64,000 bases of DNA from Neocallimastix sp. 'constans' (GCA_050613775.1 JBODTK010000115.1:434001-498000); one strand, 5' to 3'; counted from the first letter of the stretch, positions 1-22,352 are shown. The notes: generated by a model from the letters alone, not told the origin. A program made the numbers and translations.

Positions 1-7277
<7,277 letters not shown>

Positions 7278-7296
7278 TTTTTATATTAAATATAAT

Positions 7297-7349
<53 letters not shown>

Positions 7350-7951
7350 AAAAAAAAGTGGTATAGTTAATATAATAAATTAATGAGCCTAAAATAGAGA
7401 AATATATATAAATGATAATTGTTAGTTATTTATTAATTTCTTTATATAAAAAAAAAAAAATTAAGACTAATTTTTGATTTATTATAAATATATTTAATGG
7501 AATATAATGCTCATATTATTAAATTTCAATCAATTATAGAATTGAAGAGATTAAAAAAAATAAAAAATGTAATTTATATAATTTATATAATTATTGAAAT
7601 TAATGTAAACGTTATTTAAAATTTTGAAATTCTATCATAATATAAAACAAAAATAAATTCATTTCCATGAAATTCATAGTAATATAATTACATATTAAAA
7701 AAAATATTAAAAAAAAAAACTCACAATTCTTAATAATGATAGTACAATCCTACTAAATACGAGTAATTATTAATATTAATTTTATTTAAAATATATATGA
7801 AAAAAAAAAAAAATATAAATAAATAAAGATAATTGGAAATATATATATATGTAATATATATATATCGTTTTTTATTTTAATTTAATCAACTTAAGAAATT
7901 ATCTTTTTATTATTTCTTAATATTTATCTTTATTAATTCTTTCAACAACAA

Positions 7952-7998
<47 letters not shown>

Positions 7999-9038
7999 AT
8001 ATGGAAGAATAATAAAATAATTTATTGTAATATATGTAATACATATATTAATGGTAATATAATTCAATGATTTAATTAATCAGCTTTAAATTTTACATAA
8101 ATAAATGTGTTTATATTTTTTTTTAAAAAATTATTGAAATTATTAATTTTTTTTTCTTTATATAACAATTTTGTAAATTCGAAATTATCTAAAGTCATGT
8201 CAATTTATTAATTTTATCGCCATAACAACAACAAAAAGTAAATGTTGAAAATATGATATACTACTTTTATTTAATTATTTAAAGAAAAAGTATTATCTTT
8301 TTTATTTATTAATAACACTATAGAAAAAAAAAATATATGAAAATATAACATAAATTATATATTATAAAAATAAGGAAAACAAAAAAAAATATTGATTAAA
8401 AATTATAAAAAAAAAAATATATATATATATATATTATCATTATTTATTAAATATTATACATTTTTTATTTTCAATTATATATTTATTTTTTATTATTTTA
8501 TTACTTATTATTTTATTATTGTATTATTTTATTATTGTATTATTTTATTATTTTATTATTATTTATTATTAGTAGTTTATTCGTAGTTAATAATTAATAA
8601 ATTTTATTTTTTATTCAATAATATATTACTATCAAATAAATAAATGTTGGATACATTAAAAACATTAAAAACAATAAAAACAATATATTATTAATAATGT
8701 ATTTATATTTTATGTATTTATTAATTCTACTCAAAAAAAAAAAAAAAAAAAAAAATTGAATAAAATAAAATATAACTATTAAAAAAACGTGATATCTATT
8801 ATACGATTGGTTAAAATTTTAAATGTTAAAATTAATAAAAAATAAAAAATAATACAATAATAAAATTATAAATAATAGTAATTGTAAATAGATGATAATA
8901 TGGAATATACATTAAAATACGAAATAGTATTTTTTTTTATTTTTTAATAACATTAACCTCCACCTTTAATTCAGCTTTAAATAACTAACCATACTATATA
9001 TTGACCTTATTATTCATTTCTATTCTATTTTATTATTG

Positions 9039-9150
<112 letters not shown>

Positions 9151-9568
9151 TTTATTAGAACAAAAATTTTAATTTTTTAAATAAATAAATATTACAATAA
9201 ATAAAAGTAAAAAAAATATATGATATATATATATAAAATAAATAGTTTTTTGTAAAATTAATAAATATTATAAATATCTATATATTAAATAAATTTAATT
9301 TAGTAAATTCTCTTTATATTATATATTTTATATTATCTAACATCTAAATAGTTTTTCTGTTTTCCTATTATCTTAATATTAACTATTGAAAAAAAAAAAA
9401 AAAATAACTAATAAATAAATAAATAATGACAAAAAATGATAAGATATAACAGCAATTTTGAATAATAAATGTTAATAATAATCCAAATATTCAATACTTA
9501 TTATACATATTTTGAATATTATAATAAGTAGATTACAAAGTTAATAAAAAATGAACAAAAGAAAATTA

Positions 9569-10829
9569 TTATTTTCCTTCATCCATTTTTTCTGTTGTAT
9601 CTTTTTGTGGTAAAGTATTTTTTAAATGTTCCTGAATTGCTGCCATTGGATTATTTTTGAACTCGTTAAGCTTTAAAATATTTTGAAAACGAACCATTTC
9701 CTGTATACTTTAATTAAAATGAAAATATAAAATAAAAAAATAAAAATAAAAAAATTAAAAAAATAAAAATTAATGTATATTAAAATTATTACTAATGAAA
9801 AGTGTTTAATGTATTAAGTTATAATTCCTAATTATAATATTTACGCTAAATTTTTTCTTGTATTCTTTGATAATTTTGGAGCTACACCACTTTTATCCGC
9901 ATTAACAATATCTTCATGAACGATATCGATAGCATCTTTAATCTGATTTAATGAAATTTGAGTCTTTGTCTTCTTCTTTTTTGAATAGGCTTGATTTAAT
10001 TCTTTTATTAGGTTATTATTAATAATAAATTCATATTATATGATAAACATTATTACAAAAATTATTAGTATATATAAAATAAGATACGAAAAATTAAAAG
10101 AAATATTGAATTTTTTTTATAATAAAAAAAAACTTACTATTCAACCAATTTTCATGTCTCTGTCTTCTTCTATCCTTTTTTAATTCAGCTAACTTTTATT
10201 TATTAAATAATTATTATATATTATAGTTTTATTAATAATAATTTATTATAATTTAAAAAAAAAAATAAAATAAAATAAAATAAAATAAAACGAAAAAATT
10301 AATTTATATAATTCTCCTTTTTTTTTACTTAATATTTATAACATTTTCAATATTGTTTTAATTCAAATACTTTCAAAAATATTTTAATATTATATATATT
10401 AATATTGTATTTAAATCTCATTTTAAATTTTATTATTTGCTATTCAATGGAAATTCGTTTCCTATAATAAAATATATCGTTCCGATATATTATTCCATTT
10501 TTATTTAAAATTATTCAATAACAAAGAAATTATTATGAATTATTATTTCTAATATCTCTTTCTTTCTTTCATTCTTTTTTTTTTTTTTTTTTTTTAATTT
10601 AAACTGAATTTCTAATTTAAATTTCTTCATACTAAATCTGCATTTTACAAAATTTTATTTTCTTTAAAAAAAATATAAATAAAATATTTACATTTTCTAT
10701 TTTACTATCTTCAGAAGTAGTAAACTTTTTTACAGCGTTGTCTTGTACTGAAAAAGGACGATTAGAAATATGGGATGAATCAATTGGTCTAGCATGATAT
10801 CTAGTTCTCTCTCTTTTTATTTTTGGCAT
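9569..10829 (-). CDS. SLX9/FAM207A-like ribosome biogenesis protein (4 exons)
   Basis: Exons ~10829-10692, 10193-10138, 10011-9845, 9708-9569 give MPKIKRERTRYHAR...KKDRRRQRHENWLN...QEMVRFQNILKLNEFKNNPMAAIQEHLKNT...EGK*. The basic KxxxRHxxW segment and the C-terminal F-x-NPxxAIxxHL motif resemble the SLX9 family. Confidence 0.75.
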
Positions 10830-11230
10830 CTTCTAAATAAAATATTTAATATATATTAAAATTTTTCAAAATATTAAAAATTAATATTAATAAAAAAAAT
10901 AAAAATAATAATAAGTTAATTATTAAATTTAATTTATTTTTATATAATTAAATATTCTAAATATATATGAATTATTAATAATTATAATTTCTATTTAGAA
11001 ATTTATACCATTGATAATATGTTAGCAAATATTGAATTTTATATATGAAAAATTATTATTATTATATATATATATATATTTATTATTATTATTGTATTTA
11101 TTGTATTTATTTAATGAAAAACAACAGTAGATATTATTATTAATTAAAACTTACATTTAACAAAAATTAATTTTAAAATCTATATATATTATATATTATT
11201 TGAAGGACTTAAAATAATAAGAAATTAAAG

Positions 11231-11261
<31 letters not shown>

Positions 11262-11335
11262 TATATTTAATATTTAAGGATTAGAACATGATACCTTAAT
11301 TATTGATACATTTATTTATTTACTTATTTATCCAC

Positions 11336-11370
<35 letters not shown>

Positions 11371-11502
11371 TAAAAATATTTTTATAAATAAAGTCATTGC
11401 TCTATTCAAAAAATTATTTATATATTAATTTTTGATTTACTATATGAAAGATAATTTTATATTAAACTGTTAAAATGAAAATAAAATGATTTATAATTGA
11501 AA

Positions 11503-11536
<34 letters not shown>

Positions 11537-11800
11537 AAATTGTAAATTGAAAGGTATATTATTTAGAATTAATTTTTATATTTAATAAACATTATTTTAA
11601 TAACCAAAATACTTTTAACAAAATATATATATATATAACAGAGTGCTAAATATGTGAAACCATAAAATATATATATATAAATGAATATTATTTATAATTA
11701 ATTTTATTTTTAATAAACGTAATTTTATTAATCAAAATATTTTCAATAAATAAATATATATATAACATATTATATATATATAAAAATAGGTAGAGGTATT

Positions 11801-11991
11801 ATAAATAATCATTCATATATTTTTACACTCATTTCATTATATTCAAAATAAATAATCATTCATATATTTTTACACTCATTTCATTATATTCAAAATAAAT
11901 AATCATTCATATATTTTTACACTCATTTCATTATATTCAAAATAAATAATCATTCATATATTTTTACACTCATTTCATTATATTCAAAATA
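11801..11991. repeat. 47-bp tandem repeat, 4 copies
   Basis: Unit ATAAATAATCATTCATATATTTTTACACTCATTTCATTATATTCAAA repeated essentially identically. Confidence 0.9.
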
Positions 11992-12726
11992 ATTAATATC
12001 GGACAGTCAAAATTGTTTAATTAAAATAAATATAAAATTATATTATTTAAAGATTTACTTTTACTAATATTATTATTTATTTATATTAATTGTAGTAAAA
12101 ATTAAAATTAATAAAACATAAAATGATATTAAATAATCATAAATTTATTTAAATTAATAAAAATTATTTTTACTAATATTATTACAACAATTAATAATTA
12201 AAAAAATAAATAATGAAATTATAATTATAATAATAAATAATTATTATTGGAAAGAAACATTAAAAGTTATTATTTATAAGTTATAATTTAAAAGCATTTT
12301 AAAGAGAGGTCTACTTCCGTATATATAAAAATGATATATAAAATTATTAATGATTTATAAAGTTATTTATTATTTAATATTTAATACACATATCATCATA
12401 AATCCTAACTATAAAGATAACATTTGTTCCAAAAATGTTTACTAAATAAAAAATTAACAAAAAATCATATAAAAACTATATTATGTCACATCACTCTTAA
12501 AAAAATTTTTTTTATTATTATCATGTATATCATATATATATATATTGAATTTATATTACTTAAATTTACATTATGTATCAAAAACTGAATTAAACAAATC
12601 CAAATAACAAATTTAAATTATGTATCAAAAACTGAATTAAACAAATCCAAATAACTAATATGGGAAAAATAGTACAAATTACAATTATATTAAATATTTA
12701 ATTATTATTAAAATTATTATTCTAAT

Positions 12727-13150
12727 TTATTTATTATTTATTATTTATTATTTATTATTCAATTATTTATTATTTATTATTTATTATTTACTATTAGTTA
12801 TTTATTATTTATTATTTATTATTTATTATTTATTATTTATTATTTATTATTTATTATTTATTATTTATTATTTATTATTTATTATTTATTATTTATTATT
12901 TATTATTTATTATTTATTATTTATTATTTATTATTTATTATTTATTTATTATTTATTATTTATTATTTATTATTTATTATTTATTATTTATTATTTAATT
13001 ATTTATTATTTATTATTTATTATTTATTATTTATTATTTATTATTTATTATTTATTATTTATTATTTATTATTTATTATTTATTATTATTTATTATTCAA
13101 TTATTTATTATTTATTTTTAATTATTTATTTTTTATTATTTATTATTTAT
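12727..13150. repeat. (TTATTTA)n heptamer satellite
   Basis: Direct reading; the same heptamer forms arrays at ~14645-15080 and ~19640-20112. Confidence 0.9.
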
Positions 13151-13282
13151 TATGTATGATTATTAATGATTATTATTATTTATTATTAGTATGTATTGTT
13201 ATTAATCCATATCAAATATTAACAATAATTCATAAAATATAATAATATATTAATTCATGAGTAGATTTTTTTTTAGTTTATA

Positions 13283-13370
13283 TGGGGAGTTGAGAGCGTC
13301 GACGCCGTACCGGTATGGCAGTTAATCATACACCCATATTACTATATGGGGAAGACCAAAGTCTTCAGTC

Positions 13371-13407
<37 letters not shown>
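13283..13407 (+). mobile_element. Short polyA-tailed retroposon (SINE or 5'-truncated LINE 3' end)
   Basis: GC-rich ~90-bp body ending in GAAGAC-CAAA-GTCTTC stem-loop, AGTCTAT and a long polyA; flanked by 14-bp direct repeat TTTTTTAGTTTATA (13269-13282 and 13408-13421); homologous copy at 31025-31114 on the minus strand. Confidence 0.8.
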
Positions 13408-13411
<4 letters not shown>

Positions 13412-13564
13412 TTAGTTTATAATAAAATAATTATAATAGTTAATATCACTCATAACTAATTGTTTTAAAAATTATATGAATAATATAAGTTATATAATAT
13501 TAAGAAAAAAAAAAAGGTCATATTTTTTTAAAATATATACAGATGTTCTTTTTTACCTTTTCAA

Positions 13565-13606
<42 letters not shown>

Positions 13607-13630
13607 GCCATTTTTTTTAATAACTAATTC

Positions 13631-13677
13631 ATATCATTCCCTCATTAATAATACTATTATTAATGAGGGAATGATAT
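13631..13677. repeat. Perfect 23-bp inverted repeat with 1-nt spacer
   Basis: ATATCATTCCCTCATTAATAATA-C-TATTATTAATGAGGGAATGATAT. Confidence 0.9.
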
Positions 13678-14644
13678 ATACTATTATTTATATTTTATTT
13701 ATTTTTATTTATTCATTTATATATGTAAATATTTTCATATTTTATTTCATTTCATTTTACTTGATATCTCTCCATCATAAAGTTGTTTCATGTAACTTGA
13801 AACTTTATATATATATATTTTTTTTGTTTTGTTTTTTTTGTTTTCTCATATTTTTTTTTTTGTTATGAAAAAATTATTAAAGATAATATTATATTATAAA
13901 AATAAATGTATATAATAATATAGAATTATGTACATAAAAAAAAATAAAATAAAAAATATATAAAAAATGTTTATAGTTTATCTTTCAATTAAAATATTTT
14001 TAACCACCCTGGGTTTCTTTCTTTTATTAATTTTTTTTTATTTTTATTACTTTTTATGATTCCAATTTAATTTATAAAAAAAATTAAAAAAGGGAGAATA
14101 ACCACAAGAAATATTTTATTTCATTTTATTTTTAAAATAATTAATTGATACTATTAAAATAGAATAATAGAATATAATAATAAATAATAATTAATAATTA
14201 AAAATAATTATAAATAATAATAAATAATAATAAAAATAATAATTAAAATCATAATAATAATTGTATATAATAAAAGTATTTTTTTTTATATTTTATTTAA
14301 ATTTACATCCATTTAATAAAAAAAAGCTCTATTTAAAGTTATGCATTTTGTGTAACATATCATGATAATATTTAAAGTTTAAATTTAATTTAATATTTAA
14401 ACCGTTTAAAAAAAAATTAAAATAAAATAAAATGAAATAAAATAAAAATAAAATTTAATGGTTCAATATATGAACAAATATAAAAATAATAAAAAAAAAA
14501 TTAAAAGGTTCAATTTAATATATCATAAATTAAAAATTGATTTGTAATATATAGATTTTGGTCTTTTTTATATATATTTATTTTATATATGAATTATAAA
14601 ATAGTAACCATAATAATAATATTTAAATATCTTTTAATATTGAG

Positions 14645-15080
14645 TTTATTTATTTATTTATTTATTTATTTATTATTTATTATTTATTTATTATTTATTA
14701 TTTATTATTTATTATTTATTATTTATTATTTATTATTTATTATTTATTATTTATTATTTATTATTTATTATTTATTATTTATTATTTATTATTTATTATT
14801 TATTATTTATTATTTATTATTTATTATTTATTATTTATTATTTATTATTTATTATTTATTATTTATTATTTATTATTTATTATTTATTATTTATTATTTA
14901 TTATTTATTATTTATTATTTATTATTTATTATTTATTATTTATTATTTATTATTAATTATTTATTATTTATTATTTATTATTTATTATTTATTACTAATT
15001 ATTAATTATTAATTATTAATTAGTATTTATTATTTATTATTTATTATTTATTTATTTATTTATTATTTATTTATTTATTT
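14645..15080. repeat. (TTATTTA)n heptamer satellite
   Basis: Direct reading; produces the artefactual (LLFIIYY)n ORF 14589-15005. Confidence 0.9.
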
Positions 15081-16100
15081 TTAATAGTATTGCATATTAC
15101 TATTATAATAATAAATATATAGATATAGGATGTATATAGAAAGATATAAAATCTAAATTATTATAATTTCATGCATTTCAAAACAAACAAAGATTAATAG
15201 GTGTATCACTTCAAACAGGAAAAATTTTTTATAATTAATTAACGAATAATATTAAAATTCTATTCTATTTTATTAGTATTTAAAGTTTTCAATTTTTTTA
15301 TTTGAATAAAGCTTTTCAAATTAAAAATTGAAAAAGATTCAAAACAAATGCTATATTAAAGAAACAAATAATAATAATAATAATATTAAAAAAAAATTAC
15401 AAAATTAATTTACAGTTTTATATTTAAAGGTTTATCATATCTTTTTTTTTTTTTCATTAAATTTTATTTCTATTTTTTTATATAATTATTATTATTATTT
15501 TTTATTTTATTTTATTTTATTTATTTTCATTTAATGAATTCTTTCTTTTCTAATTTAATACAAACTAAAATTCATACAAAGAATTTAATTTTTAGAGGAA
15601 CAACAGAAATGAGCTTAAAAAAAAATATAATGAATAAAATGAAATTTTAATTATTTATTGTTTTTACTTATTAATGTAAAATATCAAAAGTGAGAATAAC
15701 CTATATTAAATAAAAACCAAATATTTTAAATAAATTAAAATATATATGTATATATTGATTTTTTTATATATATTATTTTTAAAAAAATAATAAAAAGAAT
15801 TGATGTAATAATAAGGGTAATAAATTTTAAAATAATACTCTCTTTAATTTAAGTAATTGAATATTATATTTTAAACCGAATAGAAATTATAACATAATTG
15901 AATAATTTCAAAGTAAATAACAAAAAATATTTATTAATAGAAAGTTTTAACATTAAATCTTACAATTAAGAACTTTAATTGTAAAAAAGTTAAAAAGAAT
16001 AAGCAAACCAAAAATATATCAATAAAATCAACTATATTCATAATAATAAATTTAGTTTATATAAAGCTTTTTCTTAAATTGAATACAATACTCAAAAATT

Positions 16101-16642
16101 ATGGCAATAGTTAGATACATATTTTTATTTCTTTTATATTTATCATATATAAAAGTTTCAAATGGAGTAAATATAGGTGAAAATAGTATAGAATATGACT
16201 CGTTCAATAAATTTGAGTATAAAGTTGGTGAAGAAATCACATTTTTCAAATATACAGATATAAAAGGTATTAGAAGTGATGAATGTATAGCTATTTATGA
16301 AGCAATTCTTTATTACCAAGATAATAGTCCAGCTTCTTATATAGACTACTATTTTAGTTCTTTTGATACTATTGTTGCAATTATACCAGATGTTCCACCC
16401 AGCAATGATTATTCAATAGCCTTTAAAATCGGATCATACTATTCCGATACTTATTTATATTCCCATCGTTTTAAGATTATTCCAGGTGGTAAAATAAAAA
16501 AAATGCCATCACATATAGATGCTTGTGGTTATAAAAGAGTTTCAATTTATGGAGAAGATATTCCAAAGCAAAAAACAAAAGCAAAAACAAAAAAAGGTAA
16601 AATATAGTTTTATTATAATTTAATATTTTTTTTTTTTTTTTG

Positions 16643-16673
<31 letters not shown>

Positions 16674-18465
16674 AAAATACAATATTGTTATTTTTCAATA
16701 ATTTTTAAAATGTTATTTATTTGAAATTATATATTAATTTATTTAAAACATTAAAAAAAAAAATAAAAAATAAAAAATAAAATAAAAAAAATAAAAATAA
16801 AACAGAAAATAAAGCAAACAAAACAAGTAAATATTATTATATTATTAATGCAACATCATTTTTATATCATAAAATTAATTCAAACTAATTAATCTTCAAT
16901 ATTTATATATATATATATTTTCAAATTTTTTAAAAAAAAATGGTTATAATCATACAAACACCAGCAAGTAAAATATCAACATAAAAAAAAAAAAAAAAAG
17001 ATCAATATTTATATTTCACAACATATATATGTTTATGTATAATTATTTTGAACATTTTTAATGATGTCTATCTACATTACTAATGTCTAAATATATATAT
17101 ATATATATTTTAAATGTCATAATTTTTAGATAATTCCACAATAACTACTACAAATACAACATCTATTGTACCAACAACTCTAGGTAAACTTATATATGAA
17201 TCATATTAATAATTAAATAATAAATAAATAAATAATTAAATAATTAATTAATTAATTAATTAATTATAAAATAACGATGATAATTATCATAAAATTAACT
17301 GAATTATATATATATATTTATTTTAGATTCGGAAAATAAGAATAATTCTAATTCAAATGATGAAAATAAATATAATAAAAGCACAATAAATAATCAAGTC
17401 AAAGCACCCTTAAATGTCTTTAAACAAGATTCATCAAATACTGATAAAAAATCAAATATATTAAACTATATTGTGGTCTTTATGTAAGTAATAATGGTTA
17501 TATTTTTTTTTTTTTTTAATTAATATATTCAAAACAAAATTGATGATAAAGTTTTAAATTTATTCAATAAATAAATAATAGATATATTTCTCTTATTTGT
17601 TTTTAATATAATTTGATATAATAATTTTAATATAGACTTTTATTATTATCATTATTTTATTATAATTTTATCATTATTATATTATTATTATTATATTATT
17701 ATTATATATTATTATTATTATTATTATTCTAATAATTATTATTTTAATAAACAATTATATATAAATATTAGTACTGGTGCATGTTTTTGTGGGTTAGTTG
17801 TTGTAGGCTATATTTATATTAATAAAAACGGAAGAGAAAAAAGAGGTACCAAATTAGAAAGTATAAGTGATAATAATAGTGATTATTTGCCATCACCAAA
17901 AATGGATGATAATAGTAATGTAGAATTAACTATCCCATCAGATTATAAGTATCAACCAAATATTCAAAATATCAAAAATAAAGATAATATTAAAAATGAA
18001 GAAATTCCTGAGAGTAATCATTCAATAAAAACTCAAATAACTGGTGGTACTAACGCTAATAGTACAACTGAAATTATGACCCCTAAATTTAATTCTTCAA
18101 GAGATCTTGTTAATATATCCTCACCAATAGCAACAATAGATAAAAGATTAACTATACGAAGTGACGCTTCATTTGTTCCATCTAGTAATTTATTATCAAG
18201 TGTAGTAAGTCTTTCAACCCAAAATTACTCACCAAATGTTCCATCTGTTAATGTATTGGAACCTATTGAAACACCTTCCACAGAAATTAAATTTGTTGCA
18301 ACTTCATCCTATCAACCAAAAAATAGTAATGAAATTGCTGTGTCCAGTTTAGATATTATTTATTTAGTTGGTTATGTTGACGAAACCTACGCTCAAATTC
18401 TTAATATAACAAGTAATAATTACGGTATTATTCCAATTAGTGAATTAAATAAAATTCAACCATAA
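16101..18465 (+). CDS. Type I membrane protein: signal peptide, ectodomain, Thr/Ser/Asn-rich stalk, one TM helix, cytoplasmic tail ending in a degenerate SH3 domain
   Basis: Exons ~16101-16596, 16806-16826, 17130-17183, 17327-17482, 17772-18465 splice in frame. N-terminus MAIVRYIFLFLLYLSYIKVSNG; TM ILNYIVVFITGACFCGLVVVGYIYI followed by NKNGREKR; C-terminus FVATSSYQPKNSNEIAVSSLDIIYL...YAQILNITSNNYGIIPISEL follows the SH3 pattern. Confidence 0.8.
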
Positions 18466-18612
18466 AATAAATTATAATAAAACCAATGAAATTTAAAAAA
18501 AAAATAAAATAAAATAAAATAAAATAAAATAAAATTAAAATAAAATTAAAATTAATAAAAAAAATAATAATAATAATAATAAAAAATAAAAAATAAAAAT
18601 AATAATAAATAA

Positions 18613-18671
<59 letters not shown>

Positions 18672-18979
18672 ATAAAAAAAAACAAATTATTGAATAGTTA
18701 ATATTATTTCGATAATAGTAATAATATATAATAAAATATTTTAAATGATATACCCTAAATGTTTTATATATATATTTTATGTAATAATATAATTAAATAT
18801 TACTAAATTATAATATAATTATTAAATATTACTATATTATAATTAAATTATTAAATATTAATATATTATAATATAATAATAAAAACAAAAGTTTTACAAT
18901 TAATATTAATAAAATAAGCTTAACAAATATTTTAAAATAAATAGTCATAATATAATTGTATAATTTTATAATACATATA

Positions 18980-19234
18980 TGTTATTATTTTTAGAAAAAA
19001 AATATAAATAAGTATAATATAATTTCCACTTCAGTAGAAGTATCATTTAACTGAAATAGTCTTTCCAATTTTTATTTTTGTGGTTAGTACTTTAAATATT
19101 AGCTTTACTTAGAGAGAGAAATCCTCGTCAATCCTAAAATGGTATGACAAAGACTCTAATAAGAGCCTGATAGGTTTATGGGAAAAATTGAGGTCCTACT
19201 TACCTCTCATCTCGTTAATCCCGGTCTTTTAACA
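18980..19234 (-). mobile_element. Candidate solo LTR (255 bp)
   Basis: GC-elevated non-coding island bounded by TGTTA (18980) and TAACA (19234), the same termini as other LTRs in the window; no matching TSD seen; orientation inferred. Confidence 0.4.
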
Positions 19235-19639
19235 AAAATTAACAAAAATAAAAGATCAAAGATTTATATATGTATTTTTATTTTATATAGAAAAATATAA
19301 AATCAAAAATTATCCATTATTAAATTAATGTTATATATTATATTATATTATATATAAAAAAAGAACTTCTAATTTTATTAATAAATATTTATAAAATATT
19401 ATTTATTTATTATTATTTATTTACATTGTTTTTATTAATAAATTATATTTATTAATAAAATTAATATTACATGAATAAAGATGTGTTTTTTTATACAAAT
19501 TAAAATTAAATTTTAAATAGAAATATGTAAGAAAGTAATAATTATATGAGTAATATACATAAAACATAAAATTAATTGGATATATTTTAAAAAATTTATG
19601 TTATTATTATAATATCAAGTGATTATTTATTTTTAATAC

Positions 19640-20112
19640 TTTTTATTATTTATTTTATTTATTATTTATTATTTATTATTTATTATATTTAGTATTTATT
19701 ATTTATTATTTATTATTTATTATTTATTATCCATGATTATTTATTATAAATAGTTTTTTATTTATTAATTATTTATTATTTATTATTTATTATTTATTAT
19801 TTATTATTTATTATTTATTATTTATTATTTATTATTTATTATTTATTATTTATTATTCAATTATTATTTATTATTTATTATTTATTATTTATTATTTATT
19901 ATTTATTATTTATTATTTATTATTTATTATTTATTATTTATTATTTATTATTTATTATTTATTATTTATTATTTATTATTTATTATTTATTATTTATTAT
20001 TTATTATTTATTATTTATTATTTATTATTTATTATTTATTATTTATTATTTATTATTTATTATTTATTATTTATTATTTATTATTTATTATTTATTATTT
20101 ATTTATTATTTA
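19640..20112. repeat. (TTATTTA)n heptamer satellite
   Basis: Direct reading. Confidence 0.9.
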
Positions 20113-21216
20113 ATTATTTATAATAGTATTTTTTAAATTTTGTATACATAAATGTTTGATAATAATTGAAATTTAATAAACTATGGATGATACTATAAAA
20201 TTATTATATTTAAAGTCAAATGTATATTTATATATATTACAAAATATAATTATATATAAAAAAAAATTATATATTAAATATCAAGTAACTAATAAATTAT
20301 ACAATATTATAATAATATAATTAATATATATATAAAAATTATTGTAGTTTAAAAATATCATTTTTAAAGTAATAATAAAACATTAAATAAAAATAAAATA
20401 AAGAATTTGTAATATGGTTGAATAGCAATAGATTATTATTGAAGCAATTGAAATTCAATATTTAATATAATAATTATACTAAGCTTATATTATAAATATT
20501 ATTATAAATATTATTTCATTATTAATTTCTATTCTTTTATATTATTTCATATGCTATAAACAATAATAAAAAAATAAATAATAATAAAAGAGAAGAAAAA
20601 AAAAAGTTATAATTCTATAAAAATTACATATATATATATATAACTTTTATTTTTTTTTTTTTTATTTTCATTCATACAAATTTACTTTATTTTATTTTAT
20701 TTAAATTTTCTTATGGTTAATTAAATTTTTATTTTTCTTAGTCATTAATTACATTTAGGTAAAGCGAATATAAAATCTGTTTATATATTTAATCAAAATC
20801 AAAATAAAAATAAAAATAAATACTTAATAATAAATAATAAATAATAAAAGGGTTGATTCAAAATATATGAAAATATTCAAAATTATACCTATTATTAATT
20901 TGAAATTTACAGGATATTCTCAATAATAATACTACATTTATATTTATATATATATATATATATAATATAGAAAACCAGTATTTCTAATAGCAATATAAAC
21001 ATTGATTTTAACAAAAAAAATAATAATAAAATAAAATAAGTTTTAGTAAAATAGTTCATTTGATTTACTTATTTAGCAGTATATTTAGTATTACTATTGA
21101 ATATAATATATATATAATGAAAATTCAATATATCAATTATTATTATGATTTTTTTTTTTAATCACATTATTTATAATTAATCATTCAAAAGATAATATTA
21201 AATATAATGCATAATA

Positions 21217-21247
<31 letters not shown>

Positions 21248-21464
21248 GAATAAGTAAATAAATATTCAATAATATTAAAATAAAATAATTAATAAAAGAA
21301 TTTAAAAACTTAAAATAAGAAATTATTTGCTTAGCATATTAATAGATTATCTTATAATAATTATCAACAAAAATAACATATTTATAGATTAAAATAATTT
21401 TAATATATAATATTTTAAAATATTCATATTTTTACATAGACTAATCTTTCATTATTATTTTTTC

Positions 21465-21499
<35 letters not shown>

Positions 21500-21857
21500 A
21501 TATATACTATTTTTTTGAAATTATAAATTAGCAATAAATTTAATTAAACGAAAAAATCAACATAATTTAATTAATAAAAAAATTAATATTTAAATCAAAT
21601 AGCAAATAATATTACAAAATATTACCTTATTTTTATTTATTTGATAAAAGTGTTTTATTTACAATTTTTAACAGTACTTTTATGTATATAAAATTATTTG
21701 GAATAAAATTTGTTAATATTTTTAAACAAACAAGATAATAAACTTCAGTATATAATTTACATTCCACATATATACTCACACACACATTTTCATATACACA
21801 TACACATTCATAAACATAACATAATTGTATAAATAAAATAGTTTTATTTCTGTCCTC

Positions 21858-22352
21858 ATGGAAATGAATAATCAAAATATAAATGAGCTACGTGATATTT
21901 CCTCAATTGCAATATATCCGAATCCAGAACACATCGATCTTTCGAATAAACATGACTCTGAACAAATTGTAGAAATTAGTCCAAATAGAAGATACGCAAA
22001 GGTAAGACACATTATTATTATGATTATCAAACATATTATTTTATCACTAAAAATTGAATTTATATAAAAAATAAAAGAATTTAAAAACATAAACAATATT
22101 ATGAATCGATAATGTATTATCAATATTTACATATATATATATCTACAATAAATAATTGATTAATTAATAAGAATTATCAAATATTGAATTTATATATAAA
22201 ATGAAAAAGTTTAAATACATAAATGATATTATGAATCAATAATTATATTTTCAATATTTATAAATATACATATATGTATATATACAATGTATTTTTCAAT
22301 AAATAATTAATAAGAAATCTTTATTAAAATCAATATGTATATATAAAATAAT

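Noticed and set aside
11801..11991. Regularly spaced repeats as possible CRISPR
   Set aside because: Head-to-tail identical units with no unique spacers.
14589..15005. 138-aa ORF of repeated LLFIIYY
   Set aside because: Translation of the (TTATTTA)n satellite.
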